A DNA stretch of 64,000 bases from an uncultured Methanoregulaceae archaeon (lineage in GTDB: Archaea > Halobacteriota > Methanomicrobia > Methanomicrobiales > Methanospirillaceae): positions 1,792,001-1,856,000 of the forward strand of contig OY970061.1 in the NCBI GenBank assembly GCA_963705255.1, read 5' to 3'. The position numbers were made by a program, and so were the translations under genes. Positions 41,224 through 50,517 of the stretch are shown here, piece after piece (the stretch's first letter is position 1; the number at the start of each line of letters is the position of its first letter). The notes below the pieces were generated by a model, which was given only the letters and a program-made list of their open reading frames with translations, searched no databases and was not told the DNA's origin.

Positions 41224-42177
41224 ATGATGGAACAAGACATGCGGGAAAAAGCCAAGAATGCGATGCGACTCATTCTTGAAGCGGCTCGTTTTGAAGTCGA
41301 AGAGGTCGACGACCCTCTCGACATTTCAGCAGTGCGTGACGGCACGTGCCTTCTTGTGCTCTGTTCGAATGACCGCGACCAGATCAGCCAGTTCGACAAG
41401 ACAAATTACAGCCTCATGATCGATGATCACGAGATGAACTGCAAGAAACTTCTGTTTTCACTCGAAAAGGACGTCGCTACCGAGAACTGCATCCAGTGGG
41501 GGGTTGACGAGTTCGTGCGGTACACGGGAGAGGTCGTTCTTGCAGACATTTTAAACCGCGAGCTGGCACTGGACCTGACTCCTTCCAAGGCAAAAAAGGC
41601 AGCAGTGGCAGCTGCCGCTGCGGAAAAAGAAGAACCCTCGGGGATCACCATCCCCCATTTCCCGATAAAAATTTCCGAGCAGGCAGCCATCAGGACCGGC
41701 GGCGTACAGGGAGCGGCAAAACTCCGTTTCATACCATATTTCCTCTTCCATTACCAGAGCTCGGGCGAGCAGGTCTACAAGGACCGGCGTATCCCGTTCG
41801 ATGCGGACGGGTGGGGGGCGATCAACGCCATCAACGGCATAAAGATCGACCTCGATGGCAAACTTGTCGAGGATACCGAGATTCCCGGGGGTGCAGAAGT
41901 CTGCGATCCCCACATCCGGAAGGAGGAGGCGACCGAGAGGATCGTGAACGAGCTGATCGACCGGCTCACCCAGAAAGTCCGCATCAAGCAGGAGAAGGGA
42001 GATGCGATCTTCTATGAGGAGAAGATCCTCAAGCCGGACAAGAAAAATATCACGGTCGACGCAAAGCAGGTCTATATTCCCGTATGGCAGATCAGGGGCA
42101 AGAAGATCGTGGAAGTCAATGCATTTACCGGCGAGCTCCTCTCGGAACCGATGGACGAAGGTGTCGAAGTCTTCTAG
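41224..42177 (+). CDS. Hypothetical protein
   Basis: Long ORF with typical codon usage; repeated INAING / VNAFTG motifs. Confidence 0.75.
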   Translation: MMEQDMREKAKNAMRLILEAARFEVEEVDDPLDISAVRDGTCLLVLCSNDRDQISQFDKTNYSLMIDDHEMNCKKLLFSLEKDVATENCIQWGVDEFVRYTGEVVLADILNRELALDLTPSKAKKAAVAAAAAEKEEPSGITIPHFPIKISEQAAIRTGGVQGAAKLRFIPYFLFHYQSSGEQVYKDRRIPFDADGWGAINAINGIKIDLDGKLVEDTEIPGGAEVCDPHIRKEEATERIVNELIDRLTQKVRIKQEKGDAIFYEEKILKPDKKNITVDAKQVYIPVWQIRGKKIVEVNAFTGELLSEPMDEGVEVF

Positions 42178-42306
42178 ACGAATGACCGTAATTCAATGGA
42201 TAGTATCCGTGGGGAGAGGTCCCTCCACGTTCTTTTTTGTCACGGGTTTCTCCCGTGACCGGGTGCAGATATCGCCAGTGGACAGCCCGGCATTTCCGGA
42301 GTCCTC

Positions 42307-43641
42307 ATGATCGTTATCCTCGGCGGCGGACCTGCGGGAAGGCTGGCTGCAATGCGGCTCGCGTCGGCAGGCAGGGAGGTGAAGCTCATCGAGAAGGGGG
42401 GCATCGGCGGCCAGTGCCTCCATTTCGGCTGCATGCCGGTCTGTGCCCTGAACGATGTCGCCCGGCTGGTCCACACCGCCGCGACGCTCAACACCCTCGG
42501 CCTTACTGACTCTGTCCCGCAGGTCAATTTCCCGGCCATACTCCGCGAGATGCAGAACGTCCAGTCAACGATAGCCTCGGTGCTCGACGCCGAGACAAAA
42601 GAGGCAGGGGTGGAGATCCTCTACGGTAAAGAAGGGGGGTTTGACGGGAAGCATGTCGTTGTTGGCGATGAAAAGCTGGACGCCGAATCCGTCATCCTTG
42701 CAACCGGGTCCCGCCCCAATATCCCGGAGATCGCGGGGATCACAAGCCCCGGCATCTTCACCCCGCATACGCTCCGGGATATGACATGCCTGCCGGAGAG
42801 ACTCGCCATCATCGGCGGGGGGATCGTGGCAGCAGAGTTTGCCTGGATCTTCTCCCGGTTCGGAAGCAAGGTGACCGTCCTCTCCCGGAGCTCGTTCCTG
42901 AAGACGATCGATGAACATCTGAGAAAGCAGGCAGCCCGGGAACTGTCCGGCGTGCATATACGGGAGCACACGGATGTCCTTGCCGTGGAACGGCAGGGGG
43001 GATGCCTCCATCTCGGCCTGGAGAGTGCCGGCGGTGCTGCTGTACTTGACTGCGACGCGGTCCTGATCGCTGCCAGTCTCGTTCCCCGTTCCGAAACACT
43101 CTGCGGTGTCAGCAAGCGGGCGAACGGCGAGGTGATCGTGAACGAGTACATGCAGACAAACCTCCCCAATGTCTATGCCTGCGGGGACGTTACCGGTCCC
43201 CCGTACCTGGCCCCGGTCGCACGGCTCCAGGGGATCGTCGCGGCAGACAATATCCTCGGGAAACAGCGCAAGATGGACTGTTCCGTTCTTCCCCAGTCGA
43301 TCAATCTCGGGTACGAACTCGCGTTCTGCTCAAACGGGAGCACGAGCGCCAGGTCCCTTGTCATACCCGGGCCTGCCGGCCCGGACACCTTCTGGTCGGT
43401 GCCAGCCTCGGATACCGGGCTCGCCAAGATCATGGTCGAAGCGGACGGCACGATCAGCGGCATCTGTTCTGCCTCACCGGGAGGCGGGCTCATCGCCGGC
43501 TATATGGCATTCCTGATGAAGCGCCATTTTTCGGTACACGAGTTCGAGGACTTTGTCGAGGTCCACCCTTCGACTGACGGGGTCTACGGCCTCGCAAAAT
43601 ATGCATCCGAGGTCCTCAGAAAACGCAACCATCCCGGTTAA
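42307..43641 (+). CDS. Dihydrolipoamide-dehydrogenase-like FAD-dependent disulfide oxidoreductase
   Basis: GGGPAG, GGQCLHFGCMP, ATGSRP, YACGD, HPSTD. Confidence 0.88.
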   Translation: MIVILGGGPAGRLAAMRLASAGREVKLIEKGGIGGQCLHFGCMPVCALNDVARLVHTAATLNTLGLTDSVPQVNFPAILREMQNVQSTIASVLDAETKEAGVEILYGKEGGFDGKHVVVGDEKLDAESVILATGSRPNIPEIAGITSPGIFTPHTLRDMTCLPERLAIIGGGIVAAEFAWIFSRFGSKVTVLSRSSFLKTIDEHLRKQAARELSGVHIREHTDVLAVERQGGCLHLGLESAGGAAVLDCDAVLIAASLVPRSETLCGVSKRANGEVIVNEYMQTNLPNVYACGDVTGPPYLAPVARLQGIVAADNILGKQRKMDCSVLPQSINLGYELAFCSNGSTSARSLVIPGPAGPDTFWSVPASDTGLAKIMVEADGTISGICSASPGGGLIAGYMAFLMKRHFSVHEFEDFVEVHPSTDGVYGLAKYASEVLRKRNHPG

Positions 43642-43742
43642 GCTCCATTTTGCGCGATTTCCGACGCAAATGCTGATGGTATTATTACGGTTTACATCGC
43701 ATAATACGATACACAGCATCCACAGTCACCGGTGTTTTCCCC

Positions 43743-45272
43743 ATGACCAGTCCCCCTGAAAACGTTGCATTCGAGAGTACCAGGCTCGATAAGATCCGGG
43801 CGCTCCAGGACAGAGGCATCACCATCTTCCCGCCCACCTTTGACCGGCAGGATACCGTCCTCGACATCAGGACCCGGTACAAGGATATCACCCACGAGAA
43901 GAGCCCCGAGGAGGTATCCACTGCCGGCAGGGTGTATATCGTGCGGAACCACGGGAAGACCCTCTTTGCGGACCTCGGGGACGAGAGCGGGAAGATCCAG
44001 CTCTACATCCGGAAGAACGATATCGGGGAGGAGCAGTTCGATCTCTTCAACCAGTTCATCGAGCGGGGGGATATCATCGGGGTCACCGGGCACGTGTTCC
44101 GGACCAAACTGGGGGAAATCACCATCTGGGTCGACACTGTCACCCTCCTGTGCAAGGCCGTCTGTTCGCTGCCGGAGAAATTCCACGGCCTGACGGATAT
44201 CGAGAAGCGCTACCGCCAGCGGTATGTCGACCTGATCGTCAACGAGGAGAGCAGGCAGACATTCCGGAACCGGAGCCGGATCGTCTCCCTCATCCGCAGG
44301 TACCTCGATGATCACGGGTTCCTCGAGTTCGAGACCCCGATCCTGCAGCCGGTCTATGGCGGGGCTAATGCCCGGCCGTTCACATCATATCACAACTTCC
44401 TCGACCAGAAGCTCTTCCTGAGGATTGCACCCGAACTCTACCTCAAGCGGCTGGTGGTCGGGGGGTTCGAGAAAGTCTTTGAGATCGCCCGGAACTTCCG
44501 GAACGAAGCCGTGGACACCGATCACAACCCGGAATTTTCCATGGTGGAGATCTACTGGGCATACAAGGACTTCCAGGATATGATGGCACTTACCGAGGAC
44601 CTCATTGCCTCGATCGTTTTTGAAGTCCACGGGAAATTCGAGATCTCATACGGGGAGACCGTACTCAACTTCCAGAAACCGTGGAAAAAACTCTCCATGT
44701 CCGATGCCGTACGGGAGATCGCCGGTATCGACATCTTTGCCCATACCGTAGAACAGCTGCGTACGCTCGCACAGCAGCACAACCTGAACGAGTGGGAAAA
44801 GCCCGCAACCCAGCGGGAGTTCCTCATCCTCTTCTTCGAAGGGCTCGTCGAGGAGAATCTCATCCAGCCGACCTTCATCTACGACTACCCGGTCGAGAAC
44901 TCCCCGCTGGCAAAGCGGCACCGCACCAAGGAGGGGTTCACCGAGCGGTTCGAGCTCTTCATCCACGGGATGGAAGTGGGCAACGGGTTCTCCGAGCTGA
45001 ACGACCCGGTTGACCAGAAGGCCAGGTTCGAGGCGCAGGACGAGAAGCGGAGGCTCGGCGACCTCGAGGCCCAGATGATCGACTACGATTTCATCAATGC
45101 CCTCGGGTACGGGATGCCACCCACGGGCGGCGTGGGTATCGGGATCGACCGGCTCGTGATGCTATTAACGAATAATAATTCTATTAAAGAGGTCATCCTG
45201 TTCCCCTCAATGAAGACGCTGAAGGAGGGGGATGAAGAGGACCAGGGGCAGGCAGAGAATGAGAAGAAGTGA
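43743..45272 (+). CDS. lysS: Lysyl-tRNA synthetase, class II
   Basis: YRQRYVDL, GGANARPF, RIAPELYLKRL, FRNE, YGMPPTGGVGIGIDRL. Confidence 0.96.
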   Translation: MTSPPENVAFESTRLDKIRALQDRGITIFPPTFDRQDTVLDIRTRYKDITHEKSPEEVSTAGRVYIVRNHGKTLFADLGDESGKIQLYIRKNDIGEEQFDLFNQFIERGDIIGVTGHVFRTKLGEITIWVDTVTLLCKAVCSLPEKFHGLTDIEKRYRQRYVDLIVNEESRQTFRNRSRIVSLIRRYLDDHGFLEFETPILQPVYGGANARPFTSYHNFLDQKLFLRIAPELYLKRLVVGGFEKVFEIARNFRNEAVDTDHNPEFSMVEIYWAYKDFQDMMALTEDLIASIVFEVHGKFEISYGETVLNFQKPWKKLSMSDAVREIAGIDIFAHTVEQLRTLAQQHNLNEWEKPATQREFLILFFEGLVEENLIQPTFIYDYPVENSPLAKRHRTKEGFTERFELFIHGMEVGNGFSELNDPVDQKARFEAQDEKRRLGDLEAQMIDYDFINALGYGMPPTGGVGIGIDRLVMLLTNNNSIKEVILFPSMKTLKEGDEEDQGQAENEKK

Positions 45273-45308
45273 CCTCCCTTCAATAACGAAAATGAGTGAT
45301 CTCAGAGA

Positions 45309-45443
45309 ATGAATTACGGGTCCACGAACGAGACAACCAGGGTCCTTTCCGATAAGGAACTTATGGCTCAGATCAAAAAGGGCAGGCGGAAAGACGTGAA
45401 ATCCCGTGACTTTGAAGAAGTGGCAAAGGAACTGGGAATCTAA
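45309..45443 (+). pseudogene. Antitoxin-like remnant / small ORF
   Basis: NETTRVLSDKELMAQIKKGRR...FEEVAKELGI* resembles the C-terminus of RelB/Phd-type antitoxins; no intact toxin follows. Confidence 0.4.
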
Positions 45444-45632
45444 AAATCATCCGTGTTTTACGCATAGACGACCTTGTAAGGAGTGGCAGGCAGATATGAA
45501 GGGTGCGCAACGGGACGGGTGTGTTGTGACGGGATGATTATGGCGCCGGAAATGATCCTGCCCGTGTCCCGTTCGTCTCTTTCCTTTTTTAACAGCAGAA
45601 TAATTATGCCCATGTTGCACCCACCTTCCTCC

Positions 45633-46223
45633 ATGACTCCCAGCGAAAATCCCAAAAAACACCGGCATCACGAAGTCTTCTCAGCATCCCGTGCCGGCCA
45701 CCTTGATTCCCGCCTGCGCCGGTTCCTCTACCGCCCCGACCGCCTCGCGGAGCGGTACGTGAAGCCCGGCAACCGCGTGCTTGACTTCGGCTGCGGGCCA
45801 GGGTTCTTCACCCGTGAGTTTGCAAAACGGATCGGGGAGAGTGGGCTGGTCTTCTCCGTCGACCTCCAGGAAGAAATGCTCCAGATTCTGCGCAAGAAAC
45901 TTGAACCGGAGGGCCTCCTGCCGCGGATCAGGACGCACCGGTGCGAACCGGACTCAATAAATCTCCCCGGCGACCTGAATGGAACCATCGATGCCGCATT
46001 CACCATCTTTGTTGTCCACGAAGTGCCGGACCCGGGAAGATTGTTCCGGGAGATCGCAGCCCTCCTCAGGCCGGGCGGGACGCTCTACTATACCGAGCCC
46101 CCGTTCATTGTTTCGGGCAGAGAGTTCCGGGATAACCTGGCGCTGGCTGAAGATGCGGGTTTCCGGCTGGTGGAAACGAGGTTCTTTTTTGTGAACCGGG
46201 CGGCATTGCTGAAGAAGGAGTGA
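45633..46223 (+). CDS. Class I SAM-dependent methyltransferase
   Basis: VLDFGCGPGFFT, SVDLQEEML, VVHEV, LRPGG. Confidence 0.88.
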   Translation: MTPSENPKKHRHHEVFSASRAGHLDSRLRRFLYRPDRLAERYVKPGNRVLDFGCGPGFFTREFAKRIGESGLVFSVDLQEEMLQILRKKLEPEGLLPRIRTHRCEPDSINLPGDLNGTIDAAFTIFVVHEVPDPGRLFREIAALLRPGGTLYYTEPPFIVSGREFRDNLALAEDAGFRLVETRFFFVNRAALLKKE

Positions 46224-46239
46224 GAGAGCTATTCTCCAC

Positions 46240-46750
46240 CCGTGGGGGAGGGAGACCTTAAAGACAGGGCTACCCCCCCTCCCGTACGAAGACAAGTGGG
46301 TAGGGGGTGGTCCCCCTGCCCTGAGGATGGGGTGGGGGAGGGGGTACCCCTCCGGGCACAAGAGAGGTAGCTGACCCCCCCGCCCGGCAATGACCAGAAG
46401 AATGAACTTTCCGACGACGCTCCACGCGAAGCGCTGGACACCCGGCTGCAAAACGAGGGGGGGAGCTACCCCTCCCTTCCTCAGAGAGGTGGGTAGGAGG
46501 GGGGTGCCTCTTTGACATGAGGGGGTGGGGGGTAGGGGTACCTCGGTACCTGAGGCAGGGGTACCCACCCCCCTGTCCGAAAGGGGGGGGCAGAACGGGC
46601 CTCCGACGTGAACTCCACAGGAAAGCATGGCTTGGGCGATGCGGTTGAGGAGGGGTACCCCCACCCGGGTGCTGAGGGGGGAGCTACCCCTCCACTGCTA
46701 AGAGGGGTAGGGGGGGGAGGGGGTACCTGCACCTGAGGGAGGGATGAGGG
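46240..46750. repeat. G-rich intergenic repeat region with GGGGTACCCC / GGGAGCTACCCC palindromes (copy 2)
   Basis: Seven GTAC and several AGCT cores flanked by G and C runs; homologous to 3543-4020. Confidence 0.8.
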
Positions 46751-46775
46751 ATTTCAGTTGACAAAGAGGATGCCG

Positions 46776-47537
46776 CTACAAGAGATCCCCGGGGTTCAAT
46801 GACCGGTAAAGATCAGAGACGGCAGTCATAGTCCTGTAACCCTTGTCCGTGATGATATAATCCCCCCGCTCGTGGCGCTGGAGGATCATGCCGGAGTCCG
46901 CCAGTTTCCTGATGTGGAAGAGGAGGTTGCCCCCCCGCAGGCCGGTCAGCTGGGAAATGTCCGAGAAGGTCCGGGTCTGGATGGCAAGTGCTTTTAAAAT
47001 CTGGAAGCGCTGGAGGTTTGCCACCGGCTCCAGCAGGTCCTTTACCACGGTTTCCTCAGGGATTTCCGCAGGGGTATCTCCCGTCTCGCGTGCCTTGGCA
47101 TAGATCCCAAGCGACTGCATCAGGTCGACCTGCTTCTCGAACAGCCGGGATACTTCGGTGAAACAGGTATTGCACCGGTCGAAAGGGCCCTTTTTGCGCA
47201 TCGCCTTCATCTGTTCGCGATACGACCGGATGATCTCGTCAGAGACCTCCCCGTCACGGATATGCTGTGCGGTATTCTGCAGGAACTCCATGAACAGGGC
47301 AAAACAGGTATCCCGCATCTTGCAGTCCCCGACCATGTGGGCAGTGAGGTCGACCTTTGCAGAGTCGACCTGGTGGTTGGTAAACATCTCCGCATAATTC
47401 TTTTTAAGGTCGCCAAGGACCGAGTCGACGTGCTGCTGGTTCGCATGCTCGATGAACCGTTTGAGATCGGTCCGGAGCCCGGTGATCTCGGTCTTCAGCT
47501 CGCGGATTTCCGTAAGGGTTCCCAGTGCCGCTCCCAT
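46776..47537 (-). CDS. Winged-helix (ArsR-like) regulator with a Cys-containing N-terminal domain
   Basis: ANLQRFQILKAL, GLRGGNLLFHIRKL, YIITDKG; DCKMRDTC and RCNTC motifs. Confidence 0.85.
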   Translation of the reverse strand: MGAALGTLTEIRELKTEITGLRTDLKRFIEHANQQHVDSVLGDLKKNYAEMFTNHQVDSAKVDLTAHMVGDCKMRDTCFALFMEFLQNTAQHIRDGEVSDEIIRSYREQMKAMRKKGPFDRCNTCFTEVSRLFEKQVDLMQSLGIYAKARETGDTPAEIPEETVVKDLLEPVANLQRFQILKALAIQTRTFSDISQLTGLRGGNLLFHIRKLADSGMILQRHERGDYIITDKGYRTMTAVSDLYRSLNPGDLL

Positions 47538-47675
47538 GCTTCATCTCCTCTGTATTGCTGGTAAGAATACCCTCATTACTGTACGGGTCATTTTTCTGTA
47601 CCATCTTTCGCTTGTATAGTTTAATGCCGCTCAAGTATATATTTCTAACATCGCCATTCCTGTACGGTGAAAGGA

Positions 47676-48077
47676 ATGCCGACATGGAAATACACGGACA
47701 CAGATGTGTCGAAAGCAAAGGCAGAAGAATCGTTGAAATCGATCAAGGGTGCGTGTTTCGGATGCGGTACCCATAACGCTGACTGTTCGATCGCAAAAGC
47801 AGCGGGAGAGATCTCTGAAATGCTCTCCTGCGAGTCTCTTTCAGTCAGGGAGCAGATCCATTCACAGATCACCGGAGCACTCAAGGGAGCAAAGTTCCCG
47901 GTCAAGACACCCAAAGACCTGATCGCAGCGTTCCCGAACGGTGCTGATACCACCTGCCAGGTCGGGGACCTGAAGATGACTGCCGGTGAGGCAGGAAAAC
48001 TCCTCAAAGCTTCAGATTTTCCGTTCAGGAGCGCAAAGGCAGTCGCTAACGTCATCGTCGAACGGGCAGGACTCTAA
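47676..48077 (+). CDS. MTH865-family protein with an N-terminal Cys-rich extension
   Basis: ALKGAKFPVKTPKDLIAAFPNGADTTC...DFPFRSA; N-terminal CFGCGTHNADC. Confidence 0.8.
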   Translation: MPTWKYTDTDVSKAKAEESLKSIKGACFGCGTHNADCSIAKAAGEISEMLSCESLSVREQIHSQITGALKGAKFPVKTPKDLIAAFPNGADTTCQVGDLKMTAGEAGKLLKASDFPFRSAKAVANVIVERAGL

Positions 48078-48113
48078 ACATTCCTTTTTGCACGATTCAC
48101 TTTTCCCTCCAGA

Positions 48114-48190
48114 AGGGGTACATGGGTTCCCGAAAGTACATGAGATGGTACTGTACATCTGGGGAGGGTAGTACTCCCTACTGAGGAAAG
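48114..48190. repeat. GTAC cluster / degenerate copy of the G-rich repeat
   Basis: Five GTAC in 57 bp; GAGGGTAGTACTCCCTACTGAGGAA resembles 3700-3728. Confidence 0.5.
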
Positions 48191-48272
48191 AGTGTCCCTA
48201 TCCGGGATCATTTATTTGTTGTATCCGGCCGGGAAGAGGAAAAGGATTTGAGCCGGCGGGGTCGCCCCCATC

Positions 48273-48734
48273 TCACCAGTTCCCGGACCTGCCCAGCATG
48301 CTGCCGGCATAGGACCGGATCGCCGGGTCCTCATCCTCATCGGCAATAAACTCCTTCAGGCCCTGGACTGCGCCGGTACTCCGGATAGCGGCGAGCGCTG
48401 CCGCTGCCTGTTGCCGGGTGGAGACCCGCTCGTCCCGGTCTCTCAGGCGCCCGATCAGGACTTCAACCGCCCGCCCGCTCTTCAGCGTGCCAAGGGCGCA
48501 TGTCGCATAGACCCGGATCTCCGGATCACGGTCGCTCAGGAGGTCCATTAAGGGACGGACTGCCCGCGGGTCATCACTCTCCCCAAGCGCGATCACTGCC
48601 TTCAGCCGTTCCCCTTTGCCATCCCCGTAGGCTGCCGTATTCGCAAGATCATAGATACCACCTTTCCCGGACGTGGCATTATACCATTCAATATCAGATT
48701 TTTCGATGCTCAAATCCATACCAACACCGTACAT
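48273..48734 (-). CDS. HEAT-repeat (PBS lyase-like) protein
   Basis: Repeats ALGESDDPRAVRPL, ALGTLKSGRAVEVL, ALAAIRSTGAVQGL. Confidence 0.82.
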   Translation of the reverse strand: MYGVGMDLSIEKSDIEWYNATSGKGGIYDLANTAAYGDGKGERLKAVIALGESDDPRAVRPLMDLLSDRDPEIRVYATCALGTLKSGRAVEVLIGRLRDRDERVSTRQQAAAALAAIRSTGAVQGLKEFIADEDEDPAIRSYAGSMLGRSGNW

Positions 48735-48995
48735 ACTCTTGATTTTTCACATAACGATACCAGTTCCCTGCCGGATTACCGGAGAGGCCTGGTCCTAACA
48801 GATGAAGAAAAGCATCCGCTTACCATGAGCGGATCGTACTGTCCCGGCCATTTTTATTTCCCTAAAGATGCCTCGGTACATTGGACTGATATAATGCACT
48901 GGAGATATAAATAATTAATCCGGCTTATCAGTGCTTATGCACATCCGCAAACGCATATCGATGACAGACCTGTCCGGCAAATCACGCTGGCAGGG

Positions 48996-49475
48996 TTATT
49001 TATGGTACGGTTCGCCGTGATTGATCCGTTCTGCCCGGTAGATCTGCTCGAGCAGGATGAGCCGGGCCATCCTGTGGGTAAACGTCATCCGGGAAAGTGA
49101 GAGCCGCACCTCGCTCCTCTCAATGACCTGGGGGGAAAGCCCGAGGTCCCCGCCGATTATGAACGTGAGCGGACCCTTGCCGGCGATCTCCCAGCGCCAG
49201 AAAGCTTCTGCAAGTTCCTGGCTTGACCAGTCAACTCCCCGGGGATCGAGGGCTATCACCAGGGATCCGGAAGGGATCACCGCCAGGATGCGTTCTCCTT
49301 CCTTCTTCTTTACGATCGTCTCAGCGGAGTCCGGGGAAGGGGTCGGTCGCTTCTCTTCAACCAGTTCAAGGATCTGCAGTTTCACGTACGGCCGCAGGCG
49401 TTTTTCATATTCTGCAACCCCTTCCCTGAGATATTTTTCCTTGATCTTCCCGACTGCGATTATTTTGATCTGCAT
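48996..49475 (-). CDS. rlmH: 23S rRNA pseudouridine-1915 N3-methyltransferase
   Basis: IAVGKIKE, EYEKRL, FIIGGDLG, MTFTH, EQIYRA, PYHK. Confidence 0.93.
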   Translation of the reverse strand: MQIKIIAVGKIKEKYLREGVAEYEKRLRPYVKLQILELVEEKRPTPSPDSAETIVKKKEGERILAVIPSGSLVIALDPRGVDWSSQELAEAFWRWEIAGKGPLTFIIGGDLGLSPQVIERSEVRLSLSRMTFTHRMARLILLEQIYRAERINHGEPYHK

Positions 49476-49552
49476 TGACCCGATCCAACTCTCAAACCGA
49501 TTTGCATACCTGATGCTATATATTTAAAAAGAGACGGGTGGAACTATGTTAC

Positions 49553-49867
49553 CTATGGATTACTTTTGCGTTCTTTTGCATCGATTTTCTGGTGGGATAA
49601 CACATCCAGAAGCACTTCTTTCATCATGTTTTTCATGAGCTCCCGGCCCTCATCTGATGACATGTAGTCCTTGAACAGCTCTTTGAACTGTCCCATATCG
49701 TGGTGATTATCGACGAAGGATAATAAAGCTTGCGTGATGCAGTCGGAGACCGTGGAGAACTTCTTTTCATCATAAACAAGTTTATTGACCTTCTCGTAGA
49801 TATTGGGCGGCATTTTGTAGGAGATCGCTACACGTTCGCCGCGGACGGCCGGTCCTTTTTCTGCCAT
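49553..49867 (-). CDS. Ribbon-helix-helix (CopG-like) protein
   Basis: ISYKMPPNIYEKVNKLV...FSTVSDCITQAL. Confidence 0.7.
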   Translation of the reverse strand: MAEKGPAVRGERVAISYKMPPNIYEKVNKLVYDEKKFSTVSDCITQALLSFVDNHHDMGQFKELFKDYMSSDEGRELMKNMMKEVLLDVLSHQKIDAKERKSNP

Positions 49868-50016
49868 TCCTTATAAACTTGGGTAAATTACTATAAATAG
49901 CCTGTTAATCGCCCTGAATATTCCATAAGTAATTCAAATTTTCTCATCGTAATTCTTACGTCATACATAAGGAGTAACTTTTTATAGCGCGGGAGGCAAT
50001 AGAAAATTGTCGTAAG

Positions 50017-50511
50017 GTGGTTTTGTTGAACGAGATACTCCTGTTACTCCTGCCAATTGTTGGTGTTTTTGCAATCGGCTGCAGTATTGCACTCCTCGCA
50101 CTGGGAAAAATGATCGACAGGTTCCCGGTTGGCGATGAATCCCGGCGGGAACGGGGCCTCGCAAGTCCCGTCGAGTCAACAAAGATCGCAGTCGTCATCT
50201 TCTGGGTATTATTTATTATCGGGTGCTGGAGCGTCCTGCAGGAGACCACGTTCGGCCTCATCCTTGGTATCACCACCTTCTTTGCTGCCTGTCTCTTCAT
50301 GTTCACCGCGCTGGTATTTTCCTTTGCGGTCCTCAGCACCATGAGGAGACGCAGGGACCGGGTGCAGACTCCGGTAATCCATGTCGGCACACTTGATACG
50401 ATCGTAACTATCTCTCAGCAGGGACAGGGACAACCGGCCGTTGTGTCCCGGAAACGGTACAATCACCCCGTATCCAGCTTTATGATTGACGCGTTGCTGA
50501 AAAAAGACTAA
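50017..50511 (+). CDS. Hypothetical membrane protein
   Basis: Three hydrophobic segments; GTG start. Confidence 0.6.
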   Translation: MVLLNEILLLLLPIVGVFAIGCSIALLALGKMIDRFPVGDESRRERGLASPVESTKIAVVIFWVLFIIGCWSVLQETTFGLILGITTFFAACLFMFTALVFSFAVLSTMRRRRDRVQTPVIHVGTLDTIVTISQQGQGQPAVVSRKRYNHPVSSFMIDALLKKD

Positions 50512-50517
50512 AAAATA

